This document shows, piece by piece, positions 38,150 to 51,747 of a stretch of DNA of 53,941 nt; position 1 is the stretch's first letter, and the number at the start of each line of letters is the position of its first letter. The notes below the pieces were generated by a model. That model was not told the DNA's origin. It did not search any database and was given only the letters and a program-made list of their open reading frames with translations. Origin of the DNA: Octopus sinensis (lineage: Eukaryota). Position numbers and translations under genes: made by a program. The DNA lies in assembly GCF_006345805.1 (NCBI RefSeq), contig NW_021835271.1:1-53941 (forward strand), written 5' to 3'.

Positions 38150-38655
38150 GTCAATTGCACCGACCCCGGTAATCAAATGGCACTTATTTTATTGACCCCA
38201 AAATGACGTAATGCAAAGTTGACCTCAGCGGAATTTGAACTCCGAGCATAAAGCCAGACGAAATCCCGCTAAGCATTTTCGTCCCAGCACGCTAATGCTT
38301 CTGCCAGCTCAGCGCCCTGCACGTTATTTAAATACTGGTTTAAAATTTTAGCACAAGGCCTGCAATTTATGCGGCGGTGACTAAGACAGTTACAACGACC
38401 CCCATTGCGCAACTGGTATGTATTCTTTCGACCACGAACAAGGACAGACAAAGGGATTATGTCGATTAGATCGACTCCAGTACGTAACTTGTACTTAATT
38501 TATCGACCCCGAAAGGATGAAAGGCAAAGGCGATCTCAGCAGAATTCGAGCCCAGAACGTAAAGTCAGGCGAATAACCGCTAGGCATTTCGCCCGGCGTG
38601 CTAACGTTTCTACCAGCTCGCCGCCTTAGATGCGGTAACGATTCTGCCAGCTCGC
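38150..38655 (-). mobile_element. Two adjacent SINE family A copies
   Basis: Cores and heads at 38150-38305 and 38440-38655. Confidence 0.75.
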
Positions 38656-38823
38656 TCCCCCCCCCCCCCACACACACGTATATACAAGTCCATTAATCGT
38701 AGCACACGCACATATTGCTACAAATCCTAGTTTCACCACAGACCGTTAAAGTTGAACAGCAAACCAGCTCTGCTGTTCATCCTTCCGGGGTGGGTGAAAA
38801 TATGTACCAGTCATGTACTGGGG

Positions 38824-38965
38824 CAGGGGCGGACTGAGAGTATTAAGCGCCCTCGAGCATAACTGTTTACCGGTCCCCTTAGCATCGATTTAGTAGAGTG
38901 CGGGCCCGTCAGAGCTCCGGGCCCTCGGGCAGTGCCCGATCGACCGATGGCTCGGTCCGCCCCTT
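38824..38965. mobile_element. GC-rich hAT-like MITE
   Basis: TIRs caggggcggactgag / ctcggtccgcccct. No clear 8-bp TSD. Confidence 0.6.
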
Positions 38966-39619
38966 GGGGGTGACGAAATCGACTTAGGTGCCTGTCATGA
39001 AATTACTGACCTTGTGGCAAATTTTCAAACGAATATCACGTGGTTTGGATATAGCCGTTGTTGTTCTTATGTGCGTTGTTTACCTTTTGTTCAATACGTT
39101 TCTACCTGTTCCAAGAGTAAAGACACTCCAATCATGACCATCTCATGCTCTTGTACATGATCCGACTCTTCTTTGGAAAACGTTGAGGTCTAATTTAAGT
39201 GTAATACTTACGATCCTTTCAGACACACACACGCGCACACACACACACACATACACACACACACACAGACGCACACACACACACATTACTTTTGTCATTT
39301 CTCCTTCGCTCGTGTCAGAGATTGGAGTGCAGCCATGCTGGGCCATCGCCCTGAAGGGCTCAGTCAAGCATGTTAACCTCAGTGGTACTCATTCTATCGG
39401 CTGCTGATATTGAGTAGGGGCGTAAACAAACCAACAACGGCTGTCAAGCGTCATTGGGAGACGAAGAGAAACACAAAGACGCATATATAGATAATATATA
39501 CATACAGGCATACGTACACACATGCTTACAAACATACAAACATACATATATACATACATACATACATGCATACATACATACATATATACATACATACATA
39601 CATATACATATGTGTGTGA

Positions 39620-39980
39620 AGGCACTTTGGTTTGTAGTTAGGGCGTTGTACTTACTATCGCTACATCATGGGTTCGATTCCTGCACCGGGCGGCGCGTTA
39701 TGTTCTTGAGCAAAACACTTCATTTGACGTCTATATATATGTGTGTGCTTGTGTCTCTGTGTTTGTCCCCCGACCACCATCCCCACCACTACCACTACCA
39801 TCGCTTGACAACCGATGATGGTGTGTGTTTACGTCCTCGTAAATTAGCAGTTCGGCAAATGAGACCGATAGAATAAGTACTAGACTTACAAAGATTAAGT
39901 CCTGGGATCGATTTATTCGACTAAAGGCGGTGCTTCAGCATGGCCGCAGTCAAAATGACTGAAACAAGTTAAAGAATAAA
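39620..39980 (+). mobile_element. tRNA-derived SINE with family B tail
   Basis: gggttcgattcctgcaccggg head and gcttcagcatggccgcagtcaaaatgactgaaacaag tail. Confidence 0.75.
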
Positions 39981-40408
39981 ATAATAATAATAATAATAAT
40001 AATAATATATATATATATATATATATTATATATAATATATATATATATATATATCCATGTTTTTCATCATGTGTGTCTGTGTGAGTGCGTATGTGTGTGT
40101 GCCAATTTGTGTCACTTTCTTCACACGCATCAACGGACAAATTCTCTTCCTCGAATGACGAATCGACCACCATGACCTCCACCACCACCACCGCAGCAGC
40201 GCCACAGCGTCAACTGGCTGAACCAGTAAGAAGATGTGTAATTGATATCATCGCTGTCTGAAGACAACACTAACCTAAGTCTGTCTGTTCTCACTTAACG
40301 GTCAGAATAATGATGATGATGATGATGGTGATGATCACCACGACGAAGACGATGAGTTTATTTCGTTTCTAATTAGCTTCTATGACGGCTGAGGACATAG
40401 AGAGAGAA

Positions 40409-40462
<54 letters not shown>

Positions 40463-40585
40463 TGTTTATGTGTGTGTTTATGTGTGAGAGACAGGCAGAC
40501 AGACAAAGAAACTTATACGTGTTTCAGCTAAAAATCAGCCGCATTAACCTCTATAGTATGGGAGAATATAGTCATACCCGGAGTC

Positions 40586-40586
<1 letters not shown>

Positions 40587-40616
<30 letters not shown>

Positions 40617-40786
40617 CTTCTTCTTCTTCTTCTTCTTCTTCTTCTTCTTCTTCTTCTTCTTCTTCTTCTTCTTCTTCTTCTCTTCTTCTTCTTCTTCCTT
40701 CTTCTTCTTCTTCTTCTTCTTCTTCTTCTTCTTCTTCTTCTTCTTCTTCTTCTTCTTCTTCTTCTTCTTCTTCTTCTTCTTCTTCT
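40587..40786. repeat. (TTC)n microsatellite
   Basis: Directly visible. Confidence 0.95.
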
Positions 40787-41070
40787 CCTTTATATATCTT
40801 ATATTCTCGAGTAAAAGTCGATCTCATGTAAAAGTCAACCCCCTATTTTTGCCCCCAAAATTGGAAAATTTCCATAGACCCCCGTATAAAAGTCAAACCA
40901 AGTATTTCACGAGCAACAGAACAACATTTGTGGGTCAGGGTACCGTATTATCCTGTATGTAAAAATAACACTGTTACAAAATTGTGGGGCTACCTTACTG
41001 TAGACTGCTCGGTGCTTATAGTAAAACTCTATTTAATAGCGAGCTCTGCACATCTGCTTATGGGTGCAAC

Positions 41071-41486
41071 GAGGGCCGGATTAAGACCCATCGAGGCCCT
41101 AAGCACTTAAAAGATTTTGGTGCCCCTATAAAAGATTATGTAATTCATAATATAAACAATAACAAACGATAAAATGATTTTTTTTTTCGAAACCAAACAA
41201 AACAGAGGGAAAATAATGTTTATTCTTGTCTACTTCCACTTTATTTATATTTGAAAAGGTTCTTCCTTCTTTTTTGAATTGCAGTCTTTGATCAGATTCT
41301 GAAAATTAGTCACAGGTAACATCTTCGTCTATACTTAGTAGAGATAAAGGCATCCCGCATATTATTTTAGCAAGTTTAGAGTGATTTCTTTTGTGCCGTA
41401 AGCCATTTACCATTCCTGTGGTGCCCCCTCCTTCCCTTGATGCCCTAAGCACATGCTTATTTTGCTTAATGGTTAAACCAACGCTG
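41071..41486. mobile_element. Old hAT-like MITE
   Basis: Diverged TIRs gagggccggattaa / ttaaaccaacgctg. Flanks ggtgcaac vs ggagctac match at 6/8, a decayed TSD. Repeated gccctaagcac and ggtgcccc motifs. Confidence 0.6.
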
Positions 41487-41639
41487 GGAGCTACATCATC
41501 ATTGCTAAAATATATGCACAAGTTATACTGCAAGCATATTTCTATTTCATTTCTGCTACCCCGATTTCATTTGCAGGATTTAATTTCTCAAGAACAAACA
41601 AAAGCCTGTTTGCAAACGTCTTACAGGGTCTCTTCCCAA

Positions 41640-41860
41640 GATACTTGTCATCCAAGTACCACTCTCAAAATCCTCGCTGTCCTCAATGGGGCTATTTTCT
41701 GAGCATCTACTACCTCATGTCAATCCCAAAGTCTCCTACATATTTGTCAAACCTGGTTGTTAATGATCCCAGAGTCCCTACAAATATCAAGATGACAGTA
41801 ATATAGATATAGAACTGCATCAAACTCTCTCATGCACCAAATGTCAATTGCTAAACAGCA
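41640..41860 (-). mobile_element. C-terminal end of an R4/Dong-like RLE element
   Basis: Minus strand reads GTLGSLTTRFDKYVGDFGIDMR / VDAQKIAPLRTARILRVVLG*, resembling the QK..LLGTARILR.VL terminus of RLE elements. Confidence 0.65.
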
Positions 41861-42526
41861 TTCGTGAAGCAAAATCATGTAGCAACACGAAATGGCGGTG
41901 CCCCAGCATGGCCACAGCTCGTGAGCTGAAACTAGATAAATGAAAATAATAATATATATATATATATGTCTCCAACAGTAATAACTCTTTGCTAGAGTTG
42001 GCCATGGTGTTTCATCTATGACTGAGGTGTGAATCACGGTCTAAAGACTTCACCAGCTGGCGCTATTAAGTCAGACATGGCCTGGGCCTATACTGTCCGA
42101 AACCTATCTAAGTTATCAATAGAATACCCGGAAAATATTACCTAAATCATCCCCAAGCAACATTAGTTCTGATAAGGTGCCATTGATGTAACCCTAGCCT
42201 TGATCAGGCTGGCTCTCAACGGCCTCTGTTTAGTCCTTCTGCCGCCAGGGAAAGTTTAAAAAATCGCAACAGAACATACGAAACCATTAACACGACCTCG
42301 GTCGGTTTCAATGTCAGACAACGTCGGCGACACACAGTCCCGTCGCTCCCTCCCTCCCAAGCACCCCCCCCCATCCTTAACCGTACCGTTGTTTGACTAC
42401 TTCACACACTCAGTGCAAACGTGTGGATCATTCTTAAATAGGAGCCGTTTGGTAAGAAGACACCGGCCACGTTAACATACCCTCGCATACCCGCTTCTCA
42501 CTTGCACCCGTATGTTTCCGACTCTA

Positions 42527-42557
<31 letters not shown>

Positions 42558-42848
42558 GGTTATTTTATTATCACTACTACTACTACTACTACTACTACTA
42601 TATTTTTTCTTTCAAGGTTTCTCGGTGTCTTCATTCATATATTTTGCTTCAATTTTTTTCATTATTTGTGTCCAACCTCTCGATTTACCTCTCTCCCCCT
42701 CTCTCTCCCACCCCACCGCTCTCCCATTTTCTCCCCTCCCCTCTCTCCCTGTACCCCCTCTCTCTCTCATTCTTTTACTGTATACACACAGTTGCATACA
42801 CATACCTATAAAGATGCCTATTTTTATACTTTATATCCATCGCCTTCT

Positions 42849-42892
<44 letters not shown>

Positions 42893-43539
42893 TTCTTTAT
42901 GAGTACATGTGTATATATGTATGTATAAGTATATAAGCATATAGGTATTATAATGTAAAAATTTTTTTTCAGTTTTTTTATTGCGATAGACTGTACTCCC
43001 ATTTTATTTTATACGCTTGTCTGAATGAAATATTGTTTCATCTTCTGTGATTTTGTGCATCCATATTCTATGTATAAGAAAAAGCATTATGTTTCTTTAT
43101 ACGTGATTAAATGTTCGAGATGTGATCTTTTAAGTGGACGACCTCAAATTTGTTGCTTGTTCTACAACCAAAGTTTGTTAAACTCGTCTCATTTGCTTGA
43201 GCACTTCTCTTGCAGTCCTATTAACTCTCTTGTTCCTAATAAGAAACAATCACTATTATTATTGATATAAGCATAAATGTACATATATATCTGTATACTT
43301 ATGTATCCAAATATATACATAAGTTAAAGCAGAAAGGATGGATAAGGCAGTCACAAAATCACTTCAATTACAGTTCAAACCGGAATTTTAGTGGCGTACT
43401 TATTTGAGCTCTCTGAGCGATCACCTATTAGTTTGCGCCACCATGACTAAAACTCCACGTAAGTTATAGTTATGTGTGTGTATTATATATATACATAGTA
43501 ACGGCTTTCTCTTATAGGAGCAAAACCACTGCTAGAAAG

Positions 43540-43835
43540 AATCACTGAAATGAGTCATTGATGATGCAATGTGAGGCCCTTGTCTGACTCTTGAGCCTGG
43601 CAAAAGATTTGCACATTCTATCGCAAATGCACAGCTGTGCTGCCTGGCAGAAAGAACAAATGTCACAGTATGAAGTCTTTTCACATACCTTTTCAGTCCT
43701 CCAACCGAAAGCACACCTTTTTAAGCAGGTTGCCTGTTGTGAACAATGACCGTATCAAAATTTACAAGGGATTGATTCCTGTGAGTTCTCAAATGGCTGA
43801 CCAGGCCTGCATGACTCAAGCATTCCCGCCCACAA
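43540..43835 (-). mobile_element. Probable RTE-clade LINE 3' end with C2H2-like fingers
   Basis: Minus strand reads ICGRECLSHAGLVSHLRTH, CLKRC/LSVGGLKRYVKRLH and CICDRMCKSFARLKSQTRASH. Confidence 0.55.
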
Positions 43836-43964
43836 ATATAAGCAAAAATTTATGTTTTTATTTACACATACATACACACATACATACATACATACATACA
43901 TACACATACATACATACATACATACATACATACATACATACATACATACATACATACGTACAAG

Positions 43965-44545
43965 GTACCTGCCATAAATACAGAGGTAAAGATTGAAATA
44001 CATACATAGAAACAGGATGAACACATGAGACAAGGCTGACAAATATCAAGGAATGATGTTTGTAGAGACCACAGCCCATGGAGAACTAGCTCGAAGATTT
44101 AGGAAAGCTCTGAAGAAGACCAAGCTCAGCATTAAGATCGCTGAAAAGCCAGGAAGCTTCATCAGATCACAGTTTTGTAGGACACACCCCTTTGAGAATA
44201 CCGCATGCACCAATGAAAGCTGTATGGTATGTAAGATTAACCTGGGTTTTAACTGTAGAACTAGAAATTTAATCTACAGCATAAGGTGCATAGAGGCTGC
44301 TTGTAAAGACAAGAACTTGGCATACATTGGTGAGAAATCTAGAAGCATTGCAGAGAGGTTAAATGACTATTTGAGACAGTCCTCCATACTCTACTAACAT
44401 GCCAAACATCGGCATCGAAGTACACTGGGTCGACTTGACAACCGGGTTTTATCCAAGCACCCAGAAGACCCAACGCTCAGACAAATACAAGAGCATGTCC
44501 TCATAAATGAAACATTCCCCGTAGTAAATGTGAGTTACACATAGA
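43965..44545 (+). mobile_element. Penelope-like element fragment (Neptune-type linker + GIY-YIG)
   Basis: MFVETTAHGELARR, the Cys-rich linker CTNESCMVC...C, and LIYSIRC...YIGEKSRSIAERL. Confidence 0.8.
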
Positions 44546-44739
44546 TGGTAATGTTACCCCACCCCCACCCCGCAACAGCTACAATTTCTACATACACAGG
44601 TAGATTTGTTTGTAGGCTGTTAGGTAGGCGAATATACATACATGCACATATAGATACATATATATATTATATAGTAGTTGATTGTAATTATATGAGAACT
44701 GGTTCTGTTTTAGTATATATATTATATATATATGATGTA

Positions 44740-44789
<50 letters not shown>

Positions 44790-44999
44790 CACACACATAC
44801 GTACATACCTCAAAAGATACATGACCATATACATACATACTACATACATACATACATATGTGTATACACATGCACATTGACGCACGCACATGCATATAAA
44901 CAAACAAACAAACAAAAAGATCGCAGCTCCGATAACACAACTACTGAAGAGGTAGGAAGAAGGAACGAAAATTTTAGAAGAAAAATAATCCTTTCTACT

Positions 45000-45200
45000 G
45001 TAGGCACAAGGCCTGGAAATATGGGAGAAGCGATTGTCGGTTACATTGATCCCCAGTGCGTAACTGGTACCTATTTAATCGACCCCGAAAGGATGAAAGG
45101 CAAAGTGGACCTCAGCGGAATTTGAACTCAGGACGTAGTGGCAAACGAAATACCTCTAAGTATTCCACCCTGCGTGCTAACGTTTCTGCCAGCTCGCTGC
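45000..45200 (-). mobile_element. SINE family A
   Basis: Family A core and head. Confidence 0.8.
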
Positions 45201-45239
45201 TTTCTTAGAAGAAAAATAAGTGGAAATTTAACCGATGAG

Positions 45240-45272
<33 letters not shown>

Positions 45273-45294
45273 ATATATTATATCATTTTCCATA

Positions 45295-45502
45295 TGTCAG
45301 TCATTGGCCTGCGGCCATGCTGGGGCACCGCCTTGATGGTCTTAGTCGAACAAATCAACTCCAGTGCAAATTCTTACGCGTGCTACTTTTTCTATCCGTC
45401 TCTTATAGAGCTGCTAAGTTACAGTGAAGAAAACGAAACAACACCGGTTGTCAAGCGGTGCGGAAAGGGGATAAACGCAAACACACACACACACACACAC
45501 AT

Positions 45503-45535
<33 letters not shown>

Positions 45536-45620
45536 ACACACACACACACGCACACACGCACACCTATCGGCTTTTTTCTGTCTCTGTCTATCAAATCCAC
45601 TCGCTTGTCTTTAGTCGGCG
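45295..45620 (-). mobile_element. SINE family B
   Basis: gcggccatgctggggcaccgcc...ggttgtcaagcgg...caaatccact. Confidence 0.7.
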
Positions 45621-45884
45621 TGTGGATACAGTAGGAGACACTTGCCCGAAATATAAACACCAATACTAATAAGTACATGCGGAATTCTTGAAATGGTTTC
45701 CTTCGTCGCAAGATTTATGACAATCAACAGGACAGGCTTATCTGCATACCAACTCATAATCGGCGTGGGGGGGTTTCTAAATCTTTCTTGTTGCCTTCAA
45801 ATATTAACAACATCCATACAGCTTACGCTAGCAGCAGCAGCAGCAGCAGCAGCAGGAGTAGTATTATTATTAGCCCCTTGTGGG

Positions 45885-45968
45885 TAATTATTATTATTAT
45901 TATTATTGTTATTATTATTATCATTATTATCATCATCATTATTATTATTATTATTATTATCATTATCA

Positions 45969-46000
<32 letters not shown>

Positions 46001-46060
46001 TTATTATTTATTATTATTATTATTATTATTATCATCATCATCATCATCAACATCATTATC

Positions 46061-46102
<42 letters not shown>

Positions 46103-46103
46103 T

Positions 46104-46135
<32 letters not shown>
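45885..46135. repeat. (TAT/CAT/TAG)n compound microsatellite
   Basis: Directly visible. Confidence 0.95.
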
Positions 46136-46137
<2 letters not shown>

Positions 46138-47169
46138 GAAGTTGAAGGTAGAGGAGGTAAATTATTGATTGTAATGATATGAGAACTGGTTCTGTATTAG
46201 TAATAACCAACGTGAGAGAGAGAGAGAGTGAGAGAGAGAGAGAGGGAGAGAGAGGGAGAGAGAGGGGAAGAAGAGATGTAGAATGATTCTATATAAGGTA
46301 ACGTAATACTTTTAACGGCACCAAATAACCAATAATCTGTATTTATTAGAATTAAGGTTTACAAGAGTAAAAATAAAGAAAAAAGATTATCCATGAGACT
46401 TGAAATCAAAACTCTTAGATTTGAAAACACATATTCTGATAAAGCTGCGTTGCCAGGAATTAACGAGAAAGGAGCCTTTCTTTATCACTGGATGTGATCC
46501 CCAAAGAAAAATAACAACAACAACAACAACACCGACAAAGATGGTCATTGTAAAATGCACATCCGTTAAGGGTGATAAAATGGTAGTATTGGCGCAACAA
46601 ACAAGAGGCCATCTTCTTTTCCGTTTGGTTTATCTCTTTTCACATTCAAAAGTTCAAATTCTACCAATTGCGGCTGTAAATCTCATCCTTTCTGGATCGA
46701 TAAACTAAGTAATAGGGAAATATTTCGATCAATATTATCGGTCACACCCATCTCTCATGATGCGTGGGTTTGGGCCTTTCGCGGAAATATTTAATACACA
46801 TTATGCCATAGAGCCACATATATACATATACATACATATGCATATATATACATACATACGCATATATATATGTATATATCTTTGCAAAAACACTTGTATG
46901 CTAAATTTATATATATTTAAATACATTTATTTGCATCAATATATTCATGTATGTAAAATACATGTGTGTCCGCGTGCATACGTGTGGGAATGGCGTGCAC
47001 ATGTGCTTCATGTGTACGTGCGAATGGTTTTGTTCTCAAATTCTTCATCCTTATAGAATTAGGAACATATTCTATTACTTCAAATACAGACATGTGTATA
47101 TATACGCACGTGTGAATATCTAGAGTGTATACATACATGAATTCATTCATACAGAAACACACATATAAA

Positions 47170-47242
47170 TACATGCATATATATATATATATATTATATA
47201 TATAATATATATTATTATATATATATATATATTATATATATC

Positions 47243-47274
<32 letters not shown>

Positions 47275-47601
47275 GCATGTATTATATGATATATAAGAAA
47301 ATATAATGATACATATAAGATACATAAGTAAATGTTATCAAACTTGTATACAGTGTTTATTAATGTGTATGTATATACGTATGTTATGACGTGAATGGGT
47401 GTATGTAAATAAGTTATGAGTGTGTGTATAACTGTATGAATATATCTTGGAAAATTTACATAACAAAAACATATATTTGGCCAAATATAACATATATTTA
47501 TGAGTATAATATACATACATAGATATATACGTACATGCATACATATATATATATACATATATATATATACATACTATAATACATATATATATATAATATA
47601 C

Positions 47602-47675
<74 letters not shown>

Positions 47676-47836
47676 TAATATATATATGTATGTTATATAT
47701 ATATATTCACATGTAAATTCAGCTTTAAACCATGTGGAGAATAAAAAGAAATAAACATACTGTATATGTGTGTTTGTATGTTTTATAAAAATATGCAAAT
47801 ATATTTTTGTTTACATATATTTATACAAACGCTCAC

Positions 47837-47868
<32 letters not shown>

Positions 47869-47883
47869 GATATATATATATAT

Positions 47884-47928
<45 letters not shown>

Positions 47929-48368
47929 TATATTATTTAGATATATATAAATATAAATATAAATATATATGTATACACATACATTCAAATATACATATTA
48001 GTATAAACGTGTATATGCATATGCATTTCTACGTGCGCACGTGTGGTTCGGGTGGGTGTGCCTGTATGTACATGTATATCTAATCGATACGTAACCCCAG
48101 AGAAATTCTGGTCCATAGAATAAAAGGAAGGATGACATTAGAAAAATGTATATTTGTGAAATATTATTTACAAAACACTGCGTATTGCTTGTATTGAAAT
48201 GGAAAATAATGATATAGCTTGGCTTTTGTCGATTCTTTGGTGAGATCCAGCGAGTGTGGTTGCCCCTGGATGCTTTTGCATACATAATATTGGGCACATA
48301 TAAATACATGCCTCTCACTCTCTCCCTCCTCCCTCTCTCTGTATGTAGATATATATCCATATATATAT

Positions 48369-48412
<44 letters not shown>

Positions 48413-48771
48413 GTATATATATGGATATATATTTACATATTTAGATAGATAGATATAGATATAAGTATGTGTATGTATTTATGAATACATGTATATATAT
48501 ATGTATATATATATGTATATATTTATATATACATAGGAGCGTATATATATATACACGTAATCATGTATATATATACACGCATATGCGTGCGTGTGTGTGT
48601 TTGTGTGCGTTTATGGAGGAACACGTGGTTTGTTTCAATGGAAACTATGAACGCCAGTGAGGAAAAAAAGAAAGAAAGAACCAAACAAAGTAATTGGTGG
48701 TACAGTTCTGTGGAGGGAGTAGAGGAGTAGGAAGGAGCACATGCACATCCATCTCCCTCTCTATATATGTA

Positions 48772-48823
<52 letters not shown>

Positions 48824-49090
48824 TATATATATATACATGTATATATATGTATATATATATATATATATATGGGTGTATATATATATACATATATATATAT
48901 ATATAATATATATATTACATGATATATATATATATACATATATATATATACATATATATATATATACATGTGATATATACGAATATTATATATATATTAT
49001 ATATATATACATATATATATACCATATATATATAACATGTTATATATGAATATATATATAAATAGATATTATACATATATATAATATATA
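47170..49090. repeat. (TA)n/(TACA)n low-complexity tracts
   Basis: Directly visible, interrupted by short unique segments. Confidence 0.85.
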
Positions 49091-49318
49091 TATAAACACA
49101 TCACGCCACACTCACACGCATACACACACATGCATATAGATATATTGAGTCGGAAACAATAGAGAGCATAAGAAAGAAAGAGGGAGAGTAAAAGAAAAGG
49201 GGGAGCGAGAGAGGGGGGTGGTTGGTCTGAAGCAGTGACTGAAATATGTAGAAATACTACATGAAGCACAAAATAATGATGGATTCAATATATAGAGGGA
49301 GGCAGCGAACAATACCGA

Positions 49319-49353
<35 letters not shown>

Positions 49354-50195
49354 TGTGCCTATCATACATTCACTTTCTACAAGTATATGTATTTGTAAAA
49401 ACGTATGTATCCAAATATTTATGTATCTATATATGTATGTATATATGCATGTATGTATATATACCTATATACATACATGGATGCATATACATACATGCAT
49501 ATATACATATATGTATGCAAACATACATACATACATACATACATGGATGCATGCATACATACATGTTTGTATGTATGTATGTATGTATGTATGTTTGCAT
49601 ACATATATGTATATATGCATGTATGTATATGCATCCATGTATGTATATAGGTATATATGTATGTGTGTATGTCTGTATGTATGTATGGGCCTGTACGAAT
49701 ACATATGGTGTAGCTTCATATCATTAATGGACTAAACGTAGTGCATTGTGGGATGTATATAAAGCAACAGAAACGACAAACGAAAACAATAATAACAACG
49801 ATGCTAACATCTACAACAACAACAGCAACAAGAACACCATAAAACAAGGACAACAACCACAACTCCAACAACGACAACAACAACATCAGTTGTACAAAGA
49901 ACAAGAAGAATATATAGAAGCAAAATATAATTAAATGACGATAGTTTCGTAAGTGGAAACTGCAACAATTTTAGCGGCTGGAACCAAAACAGATGAGCAG
50001 AACAAGAACAATTGCAAGAAGAATAAGAAGAGGAAGGTGGAGGAAGAAGAGGGCAAAACTAAACAATATTGAGTGGCGAATAATTCTGAAATCTGCCATA
50101 TATATATATACACACACATGTATATAAATACATATATAGATGCATACATACATGCATATACAGATATGTGTGTGTATATATACATATATACATAG

Positions 50196-50273
<78 letters not shown>

Positions 50274-50384
50274 GCGCAGGAGTGACACCTTGAGCACGAG
50301 TCTTGTGGATTTGGTAGACGGAAACTGAAAGAAACCTACATTATTTACATTCGACAGATATTTGCCCTCATCTTGTTTGTTGTA

Positions 50385-50430
50385 AACACAACGTTTCGGC
50401 TGATATACCCTCCAGCCTTCTTCCGGTGCT
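50385..50430 (-). ncRNA. Minimal type I hammerhead motif (U4 to G variant)
   Basis: AGCAC-CGGAAGA-A-GGCUG..CAGCC-GAA-ACGU-U-GUGUU. Confidence 0.7.
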
Positions 50431-50596
50431 TTGGTGAAATTTTGAACCTGGGTTCTCATTCCTAAGGTATTTTTTGATGTTGTTGTTGCTGTTGTGGTTG
50501 TTATTATTATTATTCTTCTTCTTCTTTCTTTCTTCTTCTTTCTCTTCTTATTATTTAATTATTATTATTATTATTATTATTAATATATTATTATTA

Positions 50597-50633
<37 letters not shown>

Positions 50634-50698
50634 TTTATTATATTTTATTATTATTATTATTATTATTATTGTTGTTGTTGTTGTGTTGTTGTTGTTCA

Positions 50699-50759
50699 GG
50701 TCACTGCTTGGAATCGAACTTGGGGTTAGTAGCCCGCGCTCTTAACCACTACGCCATAT
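50699..50759 (-). promoter_or_regulatory. tRNA-derived (Ser-like) Pol III internal promoter
   Basis: A box tggcgtagtgg, B box gttcgattcc, and anticodon arm ggg-ctactaa-ccc resembling tRNA-Ser gga-ctgctaa-tcc. Confidence 0.6.
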
Positions 50760-51514
50760 TCACTCCGATTACGGAGTTAAATTTAGGGCTTATAAATCTA
50801 ATATTCTCCTATCCTTCCTTAATACTGGTTCCCATATGCTGCTCCTATCTGCACTCGGTCTGCTTAGGAGGTTGTTGTATCCTACCATATGTACTGCTTC
50901 TTTTAGTTTTCGTATTTTCCAGTAGTGTTCTCTGTCTGTTATTTTAACTTCATCCCACAGGGGGAGCTGGTCTCCATTTTCCCCCACATGATCAGCTATG
51001 GCCGATTCATCAATATCTCCTCGTGTCACAGCTTTGCGATGTTCGTCTACCCTTATTTTGAAGGGGCAGCATGTTTCTCCTTTGTATAACCTACCACAAC
51101 TGAAATTGGTCATATTTTCTTCTATTGGTGGTTCTCCTCGAAGGAGATATTTACGAAGTGTTGTATTACTCTTGAATACTATCCAGATGTCATATGGGCC
51201 GAATATCTTTTGTATCTTTTCGGAGAGGCATTTCACATAGGGTAGACAGACTGTGGACAGTTTACTGGCCTCATCCTCTCTCTTTTCCCTAATTGGAGTG
51301 GATAGCATACTTTGTGGGTAGTTGTTACTTAATAGATTGTTATTGAGCTCGATCATTTCTTCGTGGCGTTATCACGATCGCTACTTATATTCTTTGCTCA
51401 ATGTTTTATGCACTGAGCAATCCCTCTCTTTACACTGAATGGATGGTGGGAATTGAAGTTGAAGTATCATCCAGTAAAGGTCGGCTTGCGGTATACAGAT
51501 GTCTTGAATCCATA

Positions 51515-51747
51515 TAAGGCGGCGAGCTGGCAGAAACGTTAGCACGCCGGGCGAAATGCTTAGCGGTACTTCGTCTGCTTTACGTTGTGAGTTCAAATTC
51601 CGCTGAGGTCGACTTTGCCTTTCATCCTTTCGGGGTCGATAAATTAAGTACCAGTGACGCACTGGGGTCGATGTAATCGACTTAATATCTATGTCTGTCC
51701 TTGTTTGTCCGCTCTGTGTTTAGCCCCTTGTGGGTAATAAAGAAATA
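51515..51747 (+). mobile_element. Monomeric SINE family A inserted in the PLE, 25-bp TSD
   Basis: ggtatacagatgtcttgaatccata occurs at 51490-51514 and 51748-51772. Confidence 0.92.

Noticed and set aside
40795-40905. Possible transposon left end with three taaaagtc(g/a)a motifs
   Set aside because: No opposite terminus or TSD was found, so it is too weak to call.
49740-49934. Gln-rich ORF as a transcription-factor exon
   Set aside because: Decayed (CAA)n microsatellite with no splice or domain support.
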